Below are positions 1-11,490 of a stretch of DNA of 49,753 nucleotides, piece after piece. Each line of letters opens with the position of its first letter. Within the stretch, counting starts at the first letter, position 1. Below the pieces are notes generated by a model. The model worked only from the letters and a program-made list of their open reading frames with translations, did no database searches and had not been told where the DNA came from. A program made the translations under genes and the position numbers. Source of the stretch: Octopus bimaculoides (lineage: Eukaryota); the NCBI RefSeq assembly GCF_001194135.2, contig NC_068981.1, positions 168,492,710 through 168,542,462 of the forward strand. The letters run 5' to 3'.

Positions 1-32
<32 letters not shown>
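1..32. repeat. Poly(A) run at the window start
   Basis: 32 consecutive A. Confidence 0.95.
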
Positions 33-34
<2 letters not shown>

Positions 35-289
35 AACAGCAAGCATTAAAATCAGTTTCGGTTTTACTGATCATAATATAAAACCGGTTTCGAGCCCTAG
101 TTTCTATCCCTCTGTCACACTCTAACCTGTCATCATCATCTGGCATGAAGCCACCTCCCTCGATACCATTCTCCTCCTCAGCTGAGGGGATTTTGTGTTG
201 CAAATTACTTGGTGATCTTACTGGTGCCTAGTCCCCTCTGTAAAATGGTTGGCAAGAAAAATTAATTTTCAGACAGTTCTATATAAAAC

Positions 290-670
290 AATAGGAGCTA
301 AAAATAGAAAAGCGGAGCAGTCTACACAGCAGCAAATAGAGAAGTGCTTAAAACCAGTTTGGAAAAGTAAAATCTATGTAGCTCGGGGAAGAAATATGAG
401 ACTATCGAGGTGAGGTTTACCTCAGAGGAAAAGGCTAAAAATTTCTAGATAGCTACCCTAACAACTGAGGAACTAATCCTCATCCCTATCTACCTTGGTC
501 GGAGAGTATTCAGAGTTACAATACTCAACATCCCACCAGAGATAAATATTTGCCAGTTAGTGGCTGCAATTCTTCTCGACATAGAAGAGAAAAATCACAA
601 TTCTGTGAATACAGAAAATATACAAGCAGAACTGGTTAGGATAGAGGATGCTGCTACCAACACAAGCTGA
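290..670 (+). mobile_element. Possible LINE ORF1 (L1/Tx1-like RRM region) remnant
   Basis: TIEVRFTSEEKAKNF*..IPIYLGRRVFRVTILNIPPEI; pattern recognition only. Confidence 0.35.
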
Positions 671-951
671 CCAACCAAGTATGGAGGCTATCCCAGATGG
701 TACTAACCTTCACGTGGCTGTTGAAGGCAGAAAGCAAAGGGGTCACCTGCACAGGGTTACAAACCACCTCAAAGCCTTTTGCCCATGTCTGTAAAGTGGT
801 TGGCATTAGGAAGGGTATTTAGTAGCAAAAACCATGCCAGGACAGACAATGAAACTTGGCAGTCCCTAGGTTTACCAGGTCCTGTCAAACCGACCAGCAC
901 ATGCCAGCTTGGAAGATAGATGTTAAATGATGATCATGATGAGGTGCGTGC

Positions 952-995
<44 letters not shown>
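952..995. repeat. (TA)n microsatellite adjoining a gap
   Basis: Direct reading. Other (TA)n tracts at ~6850-6900, 16297-16324, 25858-25881, 26825-26878. Confidence 0.95.
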
Positions 996-1665
996 NNNNN
1001 NNNNNNNNNNNNNNNNNNNNNNNNNNNNNNNNNNNNNNNNNNNNNNNNNNNNNNNNNNNNNNNNNNNNNNNNNNNNNNNNNNNNNNNNNNNNNNNNNNNN
1101 NNNNNNNNNNNNNNNNNNNNNNNNNNNNNNNNNNNNNNNNNNNNNNNNNNNNNNNNNNNNNNNNNNNNNNNNNNNNNNNNNNNNNNNNNNNNNNNNNNNN
1201 NNNNNNNNNNNNNNNNNNNNNNNNNNNNNNNNNNNNNNNNNNNNNNNNNNNNNNNNNNNNNNNNNNNNNNNNNNNNNNNNNNNNNNNNNNNNNNNNNNNN
1301 NNNNNNNNNNNNNNNNNNNNNNNNNNNNNNNNNNNNNNNNNNNNNNNNNNNNNNNNNNNNNNNNNNNNNNNNNNNNNNNNNNNNNNNNNNNNNNNNNNNN
1401 NNNNNNNTTAAGAAAATTCATTTTGAGTAATTTCTATGAAAAAAGAAAAAAAGAAAAAAAGGAAAGAGGAAAAGAAGCACTGCATCCATACAACTGAATC
1501 TCCAATTGACGTGAAGCTAAAGTGACTTGAAAGAAATGTTTTTTACTAAAGATTGAACATTAAAACAGATTTTAAAAAAGAGCTTTTAACATCTTGAAAG
1601 TGAACCTTAAATTAATTTTCAAGTTCCAGAGAAACAGATTGATTGAGATTTTCTGAACATAGGTA

Positions 1666-2052
1666 CAGGTGTGGTTGTGTGATAAGATGTTTACTTTCCA
1701 ACTACATGGTTTTGGGTTCAGTCTCACTGTATGGGACCTTGGGCAAATGTCTTCTACTATAATCTCGAGCAAAAGAAAGTCTTGCGAATGGATTTGGTAG
1801 ATGGAAGCTGAAAGCAGCCAGTTGTCTGTATCTGTGTCTCTTTATGTATGTGTTTGTCCCTCACCACCACTTGACAGCTGGTGTTGGTGTGTTTATGTCC
1901 CTGTAACTTAACAGTTTGGTAAAAGAGACCAACAGAATAAGTACCAGGCTTTATATAAAATAAGTTCTGGGGGAGATAAGTTCAGCTAAAATTCTCCAAG
2001 ACAGTGCCCCAGCACGGCCACAGTCTAATGACTGAAACAAGTAAAAGATAAA
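1666..2052 (+). mobile_element. tRNA-derived SINE (family D)
   Basis: ggtgtggttgtgtgataag..gggttcagtctcac..ttgggcaaatgtcttctac..tgactgaaacaagtaaaag. Partial copies at ~20295-20361(-), 29370-29530(+), 37530-37870(+), 40800-40975(-). Confidence 0.75.
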
Positions 2053-2932
2053 ATCCTCCGACCTTTCAAAGTATTAAATACTCCATATTCGAGAGTGTAT
2101 GTATGAGAGAAATAGAAAGTGTGTGAGTAAAAAAGAAGTGGTGGTGGGTATGTAGAAATGCTTCTTGTTCAATACTTTTGCAGATTTAGCTTGTCTAGCA
2201 TGTGATCAAGCTGGAGCACTGCTGTAAAGCTATGCAAATAACCACTAAGACAGTGAATTGCCAGATTTGTTATAGTGTTGAATAGAATGCCTTGAGGTAT
2301 TTGTTCTGACTGTGTTCTGAGTTCAAGTCCCACTGAGGTAAACACTGCTCTTCATTGTTTTGATATTGATGGAAAAAAAAAAAAAAAAAAAAAAAAAAGC
2401 ACCAATCCAGTATAGTGGATTGGCAGAGCTGAGAGGGTGTCAGATGTTTCACAGCATCTGTTTTGGCTTTTTGTATTCTGACAACAATGCCTGCAATGAC
2501 ACATGCTGGACTGTATGAGTGCAGGTTGGTAGCCTTTTCCTTGGATAAAAATTGGATACTTGCATGCATGAGCATCAGCCAACCATGCTCAAATCTTGAT
2601 CAGGTCTAGACATACATGTGCAGATGCATCTTGGCTGATGGAGACCCTATCATCATCATTTAGTGTCCATTTTCCATGTTGGTATTGGTTGGATGGCTTG
2701 ACAGGAACCAATGAACCTGAGGGCTGTGCTAAGCTTCAGTGTCTGCTTCAGTATAGCTTCTATGGTTGGATGCTCTTCCTAAACACCATCTGCTTTACAG
2801 AGTTTACTGGGTGCTCTTTATATGGCATCAACATAAGTGTGGTCAGCAAGCAACTCAAAAGAGAAGACCCTGACCATTCAACTGAGGTGGGTGTAATACT
2901 AAAGGAGGAGTCATTATGCCAAATGATGAGAT

Positions 2933-2933
<1 letters not shown>

Positions 2934-3007
<74 letters not shown>
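2934..3007. repeat. (TG)n microsatellite
   Basis: Direct reading. Other (TG/CA)n tracts at ~21330-21356, 25138-25195, 33840-33876. Confidence 0.95.
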
Positions 3008-3009
<2 letters not shown>

Positions 3010-3539
3010 CTGATACTGGTGTCACATAACTGGCATCCGTGCTGGTGGTATGTAAAGAGCACTCTTCAAACATTGGATCTCATGGAGGTGATGACAGGTG
3101 GCAGAGACCATTGGTGATATACCGTGCTTGAGAAGACTCGTTAAGCCAAGTGAAATTGTGGTTGTGGCCAATACTGGTGTCATGTAAGTGGCAAGTAAAA
3201 AGCATTCATTACACTCTTGGGGTGGTTGGCATTTGCAAGGGGCATCCAGCCATAGAAACCATGCCAAATCGGACTGGAACCTGATGCAGCTCTCCAGCAT
3301 ACTAGTTCCAATCAAACTGTCTAACCCACGTCAGTATGGAAAGTAGACACTATACATATATAAGCAATACGTTAACTGAAGCTAACATATTCAGTGCACG
3401 ACAGTATTCCATTTCTTTACAGCCATTAAATGTAGATTTTTATAAAAGTTACAATAATTTTCAAAAATAAAATATAGTTAGTCAGATTACTTATAGAACA
3501 TAATGTTAAACTTTCGTTGAGATTATGAAGTCACAAGTT

Positions 3540-3922
3540 GAGGCGATGACTACTGACCGAGACCTTTGGAAATGTGCTGTGCATNNNNNNNNNNNNNNNN
3601 NNNNNNNNNNNNNNNNNNNNNNNNNNNNNNNNNNNNNNNNNNNNNNNNNNNNNNNNNNNNNNNNNNNNNNNNNNNNNNNNNNNNNNNNNNNNNNNNNNNN
3701 NNNNNNNNNNNNNNNNNNNNNNNNNNNNNNNNNNNNNNNNNNNNNNNNNNNNNNNNNNCACTCTCTGAGTGGTTGGCGTTAGGAAGGGCATCCAGCTATA
3801 GAAACTCTGCCAAATTAGATTGGAGCCTGGTGTAGCCATCCGGTTGTACCAGTCCTCAGTCAAATCGTCCAACCCATGCTAGCATGGAAAGCGGACGTTA
3901 AACGATGATGATGATGATGATG
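3540..3922 (+). mobile_element. 3' end of the same RTE LINE family (EAMTTDRDLWKCAV..), with internal gap and (GAT)n tail
   Basis: Shares gaggcgatgact with 8082-8093; ends gcatggaaagcggacgttaaac(gat)n. Confidence 0.8.
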
Positions 3923-4523
3923 AAGTTGAGAGGTTAATGTTTGGTAACTTATTTATGTAGGTATTGTTCTTCAGATAGAAAAGATTTTTTTTTTTCACAT
4001 TCATATCATTGTGCTAACATGAGTGTAGTTGTTTATTTGTTGATTTAATTATTTTTACACTGTTCTCCCTTATTCCTAACAATTCAACTGTGAAATCAGA
4101 ATATAGCTGTTTATATTCAGTCAAATAAATTAGTGTAATCAGAGTTATGTACCTTGTTCAAGAGCATAGCAAACACAAAGTCGATAGCATAAGAACAGTG
4201 GAAATGAACTAACAGAAAATATTGATGGGAGATTATGCTAAAAATCGAAATGAAAATAACATTTTGCTATTTATACTGATAAATTATATTAAATAGAGTA
4301 ACTTCCAGAATAATGAAATCATACAAAAGACACAATAGGCCGAGTGTTTAAACCATAAATCAAGTGGTTTGGTTTATTGAAGTATGTTACAGAAATTACG
4401 AAGTTGGCTGCCTTAATGCATCATCATTCCTATCATCTTGTGTAGGATGTCAGGACTACAGGTTTCAATGAGCACAGACGGAAAGCTAACAAAACCTGCT
4501 AGCTTTCACTTAAATTTTATGTA

Positions 4524-4794
4524 TTACCCTTTTGTGGCCATTTTTCTAACAAAACACACTGCCCTATATGCTTCAATTAATTTTGAAAATAATGAAAAAA
4601 ATTACAGGAATTGAAAAAAAAAATTAATTTACATTATTAAGGTATATTTAGAACATTAGTTATTGAAAGTTTTTTTCTTTTATATATAAAATTATGTTGG
4701 AAGGTTTTTATTTAAATACGAACAGTTTAAAATGGGGAGTTTTTGTTTTGTAGAGCCAGAGACCGTCTTAGGGACATTTATACCAAAAGGATCA
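4524..4794. mobile_element. Degenerate copy of the same piggyBac-like MITE family
   Basis: ttaccctttg.. start, shared internal ttcaattaatttt and agagccagag, ..taccaaaagg end. Confidence 0.45.
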
Positions 4795-6001
4795 AGTAGG
4801 TTTAGTTTTGTTTGTATATCATCCATCAAATGTTTAAGGACTGAAGCCAGTGGGTTACTTACATACAAAAAGCTTGTCTGGAACTCACAGCAACTTAACC
4901 CAACTAATTAAATATATTTTCAGATTAATGTACCTGTTGATGGACACTAATTTAGCAGTGAACATTGAATACTTTGTTCTCTAACCTAAGAGAATAAATC
5001 TAAGTGGGGTGCCACTGCTGCAGACAAGAACTGACTCCAAGAAACGGTAACTCTGAAACCATAACATGAATTGATTTTAGTAGCAATGCAAAGTTTTAAA
5101 ATGTTAAATTAAAAATCCATATTATGTTATTAATTAATTCTCCTTAATGTTGCTCTATGCAAATGTCTTTATTATTATTATAATATCATTACTATTATTA
5201 TTATTACTTATAGGCTGTTCAGGGGCCTTACTTTGGCTGTAGTGGCCAAAGGATAAATTGAACATTTGCTATACATATGTACCTTCTCTGATATATATAT
5301 TTCCAAAAGAGATAAGCACTAATTAGCAAACATTTTCTATCACAGTCAATATTCATTTTTAGAATTAACCACAGGGGAGAAAGAAAAAAAAAAAGATCAA
5401 AATTAAAAGAAAATAAAATGAAAAATTAGGAATAAAAGATAGATTTTTCTTATGGAACAGCAGAAAATTGCACATTTACAATAGAGTATTTCAGTTGTTG
5501 GTAAAACTTCTGTTACCAACAACTGATAACAATTGCATAGTTTTAAACTGTATACAATAAGAGGTGGTGGGTTGGGAATCAAAAGATACTGTCAACCAAA
5601 CTAACTAGGTTTTAAAAACATAACAAGTTAACAAATAAAGATGAATTAAAATACTTGTTAAGAAGTTTAAAAAAAAAAAGAAAAAAAAAAGGAAACTCCA
5701 GGAATTTAGTTTACATCTTTGGTTGTAGCTTTTGTTTCTTGGATTGTAGTAGATTTAGTAGTTATTTTGTATCATTCATCTTAGCTTTCCATTTTCAACA
5801 AGTGTTAAGGAATACTAATTAGGATACAGAAATTAGTTTAGAAGATTTTTAAAAAAAACTGAAAGTGGAGTTAAAAAAAAAACAACAAACAAACAGCTGA
5901 AAACTAAATTGCCACTGTGAACATTTTGTTTCTTCTTTTTATCTAGTTTGAATATAGTAAAGTCAATCTATTCAAACCTCAAAAGCCAGGTAGATAATAT
6001 A

Positions 6002-6007
6002 TTTATT
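6002..6007 (-). promoter_or_regulatory. Candidate polyadenylation signal AATAAA, ~105 nt after the stop codon
   Basis: tttatt on the + strand. The region is AT-rich, so a chance match is possible. Confidence 0.3.
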
Positions 6008-6111
6008 GCTGCAATCATAAGACATCCAAACATAGCCATAGTAACATACATACATACAGTATATGAAAGATGCATGCAAACAAGATGTCCAACAAGGGAA
6101 TAATGCAGACC

Positions 6112-6656
6112 TTAATTTTTGAAATAATGGACATAAACATTATTTCTATGCGAGAAACCATGTACAAGATATCTTTGTCTACCTGTTGTGTAATCATGGA
6201 GGTGTGTGATTGGTGAGGACACAAAAGAAGCAGCAGCAGCAGCTGCAGTACTGCTTACAGGAGGAGGGGAAGGAAGAGCTAGTGTTGACGTGGCAGAGTC
6301 AGAGCTTTCATTGTTAAAGTCTGTACAGTTATCATTACCATCACAACCATCAATTTTACTTGTTCTTTGGTTGCAGCTGCCACCGCTACTGCAACCGCCA
6401 CTGCTATTGCAGCTGTTCAGGTCGTCCATGCCGTTACTGTCTTCAGTGCTGAGCGGCAGCAATTCTCGTGAAAGGTTAATCTGAAGAGGCAGGTTCGGGA
6501 CACGCTTTAAATGGTGATACACATCCATGTCTGCACGCACAAAGAGAGTGATACCAGCACGATAGGCGGCTGGAATGCGGATGTGTTGAGTAAGTTGTGG
6601 TCGGTAGCCAGGGACGCGAGGCATGCTAGCTTCACGGAGTACGTTGACTACTTGAC
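6112..6656 (-). CDS. Terminal coding exon 8 (G-QVVNVLREASMPRVPGYRPQLTQHIRIPAAYRAGITLFVRADMDVYHHLKRVPNLPLQINL...HYFKN*), then a low-complexity tail
   Basis: Acceptor tttctttcag, phase 1, stop TAA at 6114-6112; GC-richer, coding-like composition. Confidence 0.88.
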
Positions 6657-7357
6657 CTGAAAGAAAAAAAGGATAAATGAATTTAAAAACAAACATACAA
6701 TTTAAGTATGAAATATTGATAAACTATTTATCAAGCAAATGAAGGAGCTACTATGTGATTGCTTGACCTGCTAGAATTATCAGCAAAATCCCCTCCAAAT
6801 CACATTCAAGACCCACCCACCACAACAGAATCTATATTCTAAAATCAAGTATGTATATATATATATATATACATGTATATATGTATATATATATATATAT
6901 ATCATCATCATCATCGTNNNNNNNNNNNNNNNNNNNNNNNNNNNNNNNNNNNNNNNNNNNNNNNNNNNNNNNNNNNNNNNNNNNNNNNNNNNNNNNNNNN
7001 NNNNNNNNNNNNNNNNNNNNNNNNNNNNNNNNNNNNNNNNNNNNNNNNNNNNNNNNNNNNNNNNNNNNNNNNNNNNNNNNNNNNNNNNNNNNNNNNNNNN
7101 NNNNNNNNNNNNNNNNNNNNNNNNNNNNNNNNNNNNNNNNNNNNNNNNNNNNNNNNNNNNNNNNNNNNNNNNNNNNNNNNNNNNNNNNNNNNNNNNNNNN
7201 NNNNNNNNNNNNNNNNNNNNNNNNNNNNNNNNNNNNNNNNNNNNNNNNNNNNNNNNNNNNNNNNNNNNNNNNNNNNNNNNNNNNNNNNNNNNNNNNNNNN
7301 NNNNNNNNNNNNNNNNNNNNNNNNNNNNNNNNNNNNNNNNNNNNNNNNNNNNNNNNN

Positions 7358-8093
7358 GATGGCCCTGCTCGATCTGTAGAAAAGGTGTAGGTAGAAACTC
7401 TATAAGATGTACCCAGTGTAAGCTATGGACACATAAGAGGTGCAGCAATATCAAAGGAAGGCTAACTGGGAAGATGGCTTTTGTATGTGGCAGATGCTCA
7501 GGAACAATAAACACTGAAAATGTGCAGAAAACAACCTTTGCCACATTCCAGGGAGAAAAACTAGAAGTAGCTGATAGCTTCCGTTATCTAGGTGATCAAG
7601 TCAGTAGCGGGAGAGGGTGTGCTGAAAGTGTAGCTGCTAGAATAAGAATAGCCTGGGCAAAGTTCAGAGAGCTCTTACCTCTGCTGGTGACAAAGGGCCT
7701 CTTACTCAGAATAAAAGGTAGATTGTATGACGCATGTGTACGAACAGCCATGCTACATGGCAAGAAACATGGGCCGTGACTGCTGAGGACATGTGTAAGC
7801 TCGCAAGGAATGAAGCCAGTATGCTCCGATGGATGTGTAATGTCAGTGTGCATACTCGACAGAGTGTAAGTACCTTGAGAGAAAAGTTGGACTTAAGAAG
7901 CATCAGTTGTGGTGTGCAAGTGAGATGACTGCACTGATATGGTCATGTGGTGAGAATGGATGAGGATAGCTGTGTAAAAAAGTGCCACACCCTAGCGGTT
8001 GAGGGATCCTGTGGAAGAGGCAGACCCAGGAAGACCTGGGATGAGGTGGTGAAGCATGACCTTCGAAAATTGGGCCTCACCGAGGCGATGACT
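7358..8093 (+). mobile_element. RTE-clade LINE, RT C-terminal part with PHD-like finger; frameshifted, lacks its 3' end
   Basis: WPCSICRKGVGRNSIRCTQCKLWTHKRC..VCGRC; FRYLGDQVSS; ARIRIAWAKFRELL; GRGRPRKTWDEVVKHDL. Confidence 0.9.
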
Positions 8094-8597
8094 TTTCAAA
8101 ATCTTTTTTTTTTAAATATTGAAACCAGTCAATCTTTAAAAGACTTCTGCATTTTCAAATTCTCTTCCCTATATATTTTCATTCATGCGGTACCTTCCAA
8201 TTTTACTTTTATATATATATATATATATATAAATAAAACAATGTGTGCATTGCAAGTGTGTAAATGAGTATCACTGTCATGCAAGTAGAATCTTTCATTT
8301 CCAATATTCTGTGGAAATGTGTCTGGTAATGGGAAAATATTACCTTACTTGAGAGCAAGTGAGAATTGGCAATAGGAAAGGCATCCAACAATAGAAAAAT
8401 CTACATCAACAAATCTTGTCTGACCACATGAGTATGGAAAAGTGGACATTAAAATAATGCTGATGATGATTACATGTATACATAAACATATTTTCGCATT
8501 TATATTGGACATTTTGAGCAAGGTAATACGCATCCAATGAACCAACCATTATGAAATCAGCGAAGAAATTAAAAGGTCCAAAAACAGAGCACAATAC

Positions 8598-8780
8598 CTA
8601 ATACATTCATGGTTCTCCACCGAAGGGGTTCATCATGACACATTAAATTGGACAAGTTCGTGTCTTCCTGGAAACGGCTGATGATATCTTGTCGCTTGAT
8701 CAACAGAACCCTATCACTTGTTAGTTGTTGCATTAAATGTTTTCCACTCACCAACTTCAAAGGGTTTGTCATGTAAGCAC
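8598..8780 (-). CDS. Coding exon 7 (G-AYMTNPLKLVSGKHLMQQLTSDRVLLIKRQDIISRFQEDTNLSNLMCHDEPLRWRTMNVL-G)
   Basis: Acceptor gtcatttcag, donor TAG|GTATTG; 183 nt, phase 1/1. Confidence 0.88.
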
Positions 8781-8940
8781 CTGAAATGACAGCGTTTGCA
8801 TTTTATTAAAATAAAGGAAAATAATAAAACAAACAATAGTAAAAATCAAAATTATTTAATGTGAATGCTACAAACAAAATAGCCATCCTTTGTATATTAT
8901 TTACATCTCAAGGATATTTGTCCTCATCTTGTTTGTTGTT

Positions 8941-8983
8941 AACACGTTTCGGCTGATACACGCTCCAGCCTTTATCAGGTGTC
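8941..8983 (-). ncRNA. Degenerate hammerhead-ribozyme-like motif within the PLE terminal part
   Basis: GACAC CTGATAA AGGCTG(gagcgtgtat)CAGCC GAAAC GTGTT: CUGANGA box with G8>A, 5-bp stem II, GAAA box, GACAC/GTGTT stem I. No clear NUH triplet in this copy. Confidence 0.55.
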
Positions 8984-9049
8984 TTGGAGAAATTTCAAAC
9001 CTGGGTTCACATTCCTAAGGTATTTTTCGATATTATTATTATTATTATT

Positions 9050-9124
9050 CAGGTAATTGCCTGGAATTGAACTCGGAATCTTGGGGTTAGTAGCCTGTGC
9101 TCTTAACCACTACGCCATATGTCC
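9050..9124 (-). ncRNA. tRNA-derived (Pol III A box + B box) segment embedded in the PLE terminal part; not an intact tRNA gene
   Basis: TGGCGTAGTGG (A box), GGCTACTAACC (anticodon-arm-like), GAGTTCAATTCC (B box), followed by an (AAT)n tract. Confidence 0.65.
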
Positions 9125-10469
9125 ATGGGAAATTATAGAGTGAATTTTAGGGCTTATAAATCTAATATTTTCTTATCCTTCCTTAATACCGGTCCCCATA
9201 CACTATTCGTATTTGCACTTGGTCTGCTTAAGAGGTTGTTGTATCCTAACATATATGCTGCTTCTTTTAGTTTTCCTATTTTTCAGTGGTGTTCTCTGTC
9301 TATTATTTTAACTTCATCCCACAGGGGAAGGTGGTCTCCATTTTTTCATATATGATCAGCTATACCCGATTTATCAATATCTCCTCATGCCACAGCTTTG
9401 TGATATTCACCTACCATTATTTTGAGGGGGTGATATGTTTCGCCTTTGTATAACCTACCACAGCTGCATGGGAAGGAGTACACGCAGTTCTTAGTCACAT
9501 TCTCTTCTATTGGTGGTTTTACTCGAAGGAGATATTTGTGAAGTGGACGCATTAATAACACGCACCAAGTATGGATTCAGGATATCCATATACTGCAAGC
9601 TGAGCATCACGGACGATACCTCAACTTCAATTCCCATCATTCATACAGTGTAAAGAGAGGGATTGCTCAGTGCCTAAAACATCGAGTAAAGAATATAAGT
9701 AGCGATTGTGATATATATCATGAAGAAATGATCAAGCTCAATAACAATCATTTAAGCAACAACTATCTCAGAAACACACAATCCACTCCAATTATGAAGA
9801 AAAAAGAGAATGAAACCAATAAACTGTCCACAGTCTGTCTACCCCATGTGAAAGGCCTCTCCGAAAAGACACAAAAGATATGCAGCCCATATGACATCAG
9901 GACAGTATTCAAGATTAATACAACACTTCGCAAATATCTCCTTTGAGTAAAACCACCAATAGAAGAGAATGTGACCAAAAACTGCGTGTACTCCGTCCCA
10001 TGCAGCTGTGGTGGGTTATACAAAGGTGAAACATGCAGCCCCCTCAAAATAAGGGTAGACGAACATTGCAAAGCTGTGACATGAGGAGATATTGATAAAT
10101 CAGGTATAGCTGATCATATATGGAAAAATGGAGACCACCTTCCCCTGTGGGATGAAGTTAAAATAATAGACAGACAACACCACTGGAAAATACAAAAACT
10201 AAGAGAAACAGCACATATGCTAGGATGCAACAACCTCCTAAGTAAATAATCCTGTTTATGCAACTGAAGCAGCATCGATTTAGATTGCCATCTATATATC
10301 ATACTCAGTGTATATATGTTATTGACAGGCAAACTACTGTAGGTAAACATACTGTGTTAAAAATACATTATATATCTGAGCGAGTAGTAAGATTGCTTTA
10401 GTTGGCTAGTGAGACTGTTGGATACACTTCAGCCTTCTTGGCCCTTGTCAATGATGTACTTTGCAACCA

Positions 10470-10742
10470 TATGCCTAGACGAGGCCGCCGGACTGGCTCC
10501 TGTGCAGGTGGCACATAAAAAGCACCATTAGAGCATGGCCGATGTCAGTACCGCCTGACTGGCCCTTGTAAAAGCACCCACTACACTCTCAGAGTGGTTG
10601 GTGTTAAGAAGGGTATCCAGCTGTAGAAACTTTGCCAGATCAGATTGGAGATTGGTGCAGCCTTCTGGCTCACCGGCCCTCAGTCAAACCGTCCAACCCA
10701 TGCCAGCATGGAAAGCGAACGTTAAGAAATGATGATGATGAC
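10470..10742 (+). mobile_element. RTE-tail element (family E)
   Basis: Same 3' sequence and (GAT)n tail. Further copies at ~783-941(+), 2651-2830(-), 3100-3350(+), 8262-8470(+), 12280-12420(+), 21990-22195(+), 22480-22685(+), 28459-28600(-), 29860-30012(+), 40560-40780(-), 43690-43815(-). Confidence 0.8.
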
Positions 10743-11157
10743 ATAGTAAATGATGAATAATACATTTATTGGCATTGAGAAAAGCTGCTGGATTGAATAA
10801 ATCATCTGGTGTATGCAATTGAAGCAGTATTAAATTAAAATAGATATGTATAGATCATACTTAATGTATATACAACATTGACAGCAAGTTACTGAGATTT
10901 TTGCCAGAAATGAAGTCTCTTATACAATAATACCATATATATCAGAGGAGACTAAAAATTGTCCTGGCAGAGGCTAGCAAGAACACTAGATGCAGTCTGG
11001 CCTTCTTGAGTCTTATTAATTATGTATACTTGCAGCCACATGTCTAGACAAGATCTGTCACTTTTAGTAAATAAGAGACAGTGAACAATACATTCACTAA
11101 TATTGAGAATAGCTGCTGGGCTGAATTGCATACACCAGAAAACTGAAATGAAAAATA

Positions 11158-11490
11158 GGGTAAAGACCCTCTTTTGTCATGAATGACCAGGGGATTGCAC
11201 CTAGAAAGTTCTCCTCCGAGGCACAAATCTGGGTAAGGTTGTTTTATGGAAGACCAGTAGTCGTCCATGCATACCAGCCTCTCCTCTTCATGCCACTGAT
11301 GTTATCCATAGGAAAGGCAGAAGCAGAAACAGTCTGGCATCAATGATGTTGCAATTCATTTCTACAGCTGAGTGAATCTGAGCAATGTGAAATAAAGTGT
11401 CTTGCTCAAGAACACAATGTACAGCCTGGTCCAGGAACCAAACTCACTACTTCATGATTGTGAGTTTGACGCTCCAGCCACTGAGCCATA
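11158..11490 (-). mobile_element. tRNA-derived SINE (family B)
   Basis: Head tggctcagtgg on the - strand; core tgtgttcttgagcaagacactttatttcac shared with 36501-36833. Confidence 0.75.

Larger units (their letters stand above)
8895..10242. mobile_element. Penelope-like element (PLE) fragment: + strand RT C-terminus and GIY-YIG endonuclease (9543-10242) with an inverted 3'/pLTR-like copy (8895-9545, - strand)
   Basis: + strand translates ..DALITRTKYGF..GRYLNFNSHHSYSVKRGIAQCL.. and CVYSVPCSCGGLYKGETCSPLKIRVDEH (GIY-YIG pattern). 9227-9545 is the reverse complement of 9924-10242. Confidence 0.85.

Noticed and set aside
1-32. Poly(A) run as a retrocopy tail
   Set aside because: Upstream context is outside the window, and similar A runs occur elsewhere (2363-2398, 39853-39882).
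9050-9124. Possible tRNA gene
   Set aside because: No good acceptor stem pairing and it is embedded in a repeat; treated as a tRNA-derived segment. The same applies to the SINE heads.
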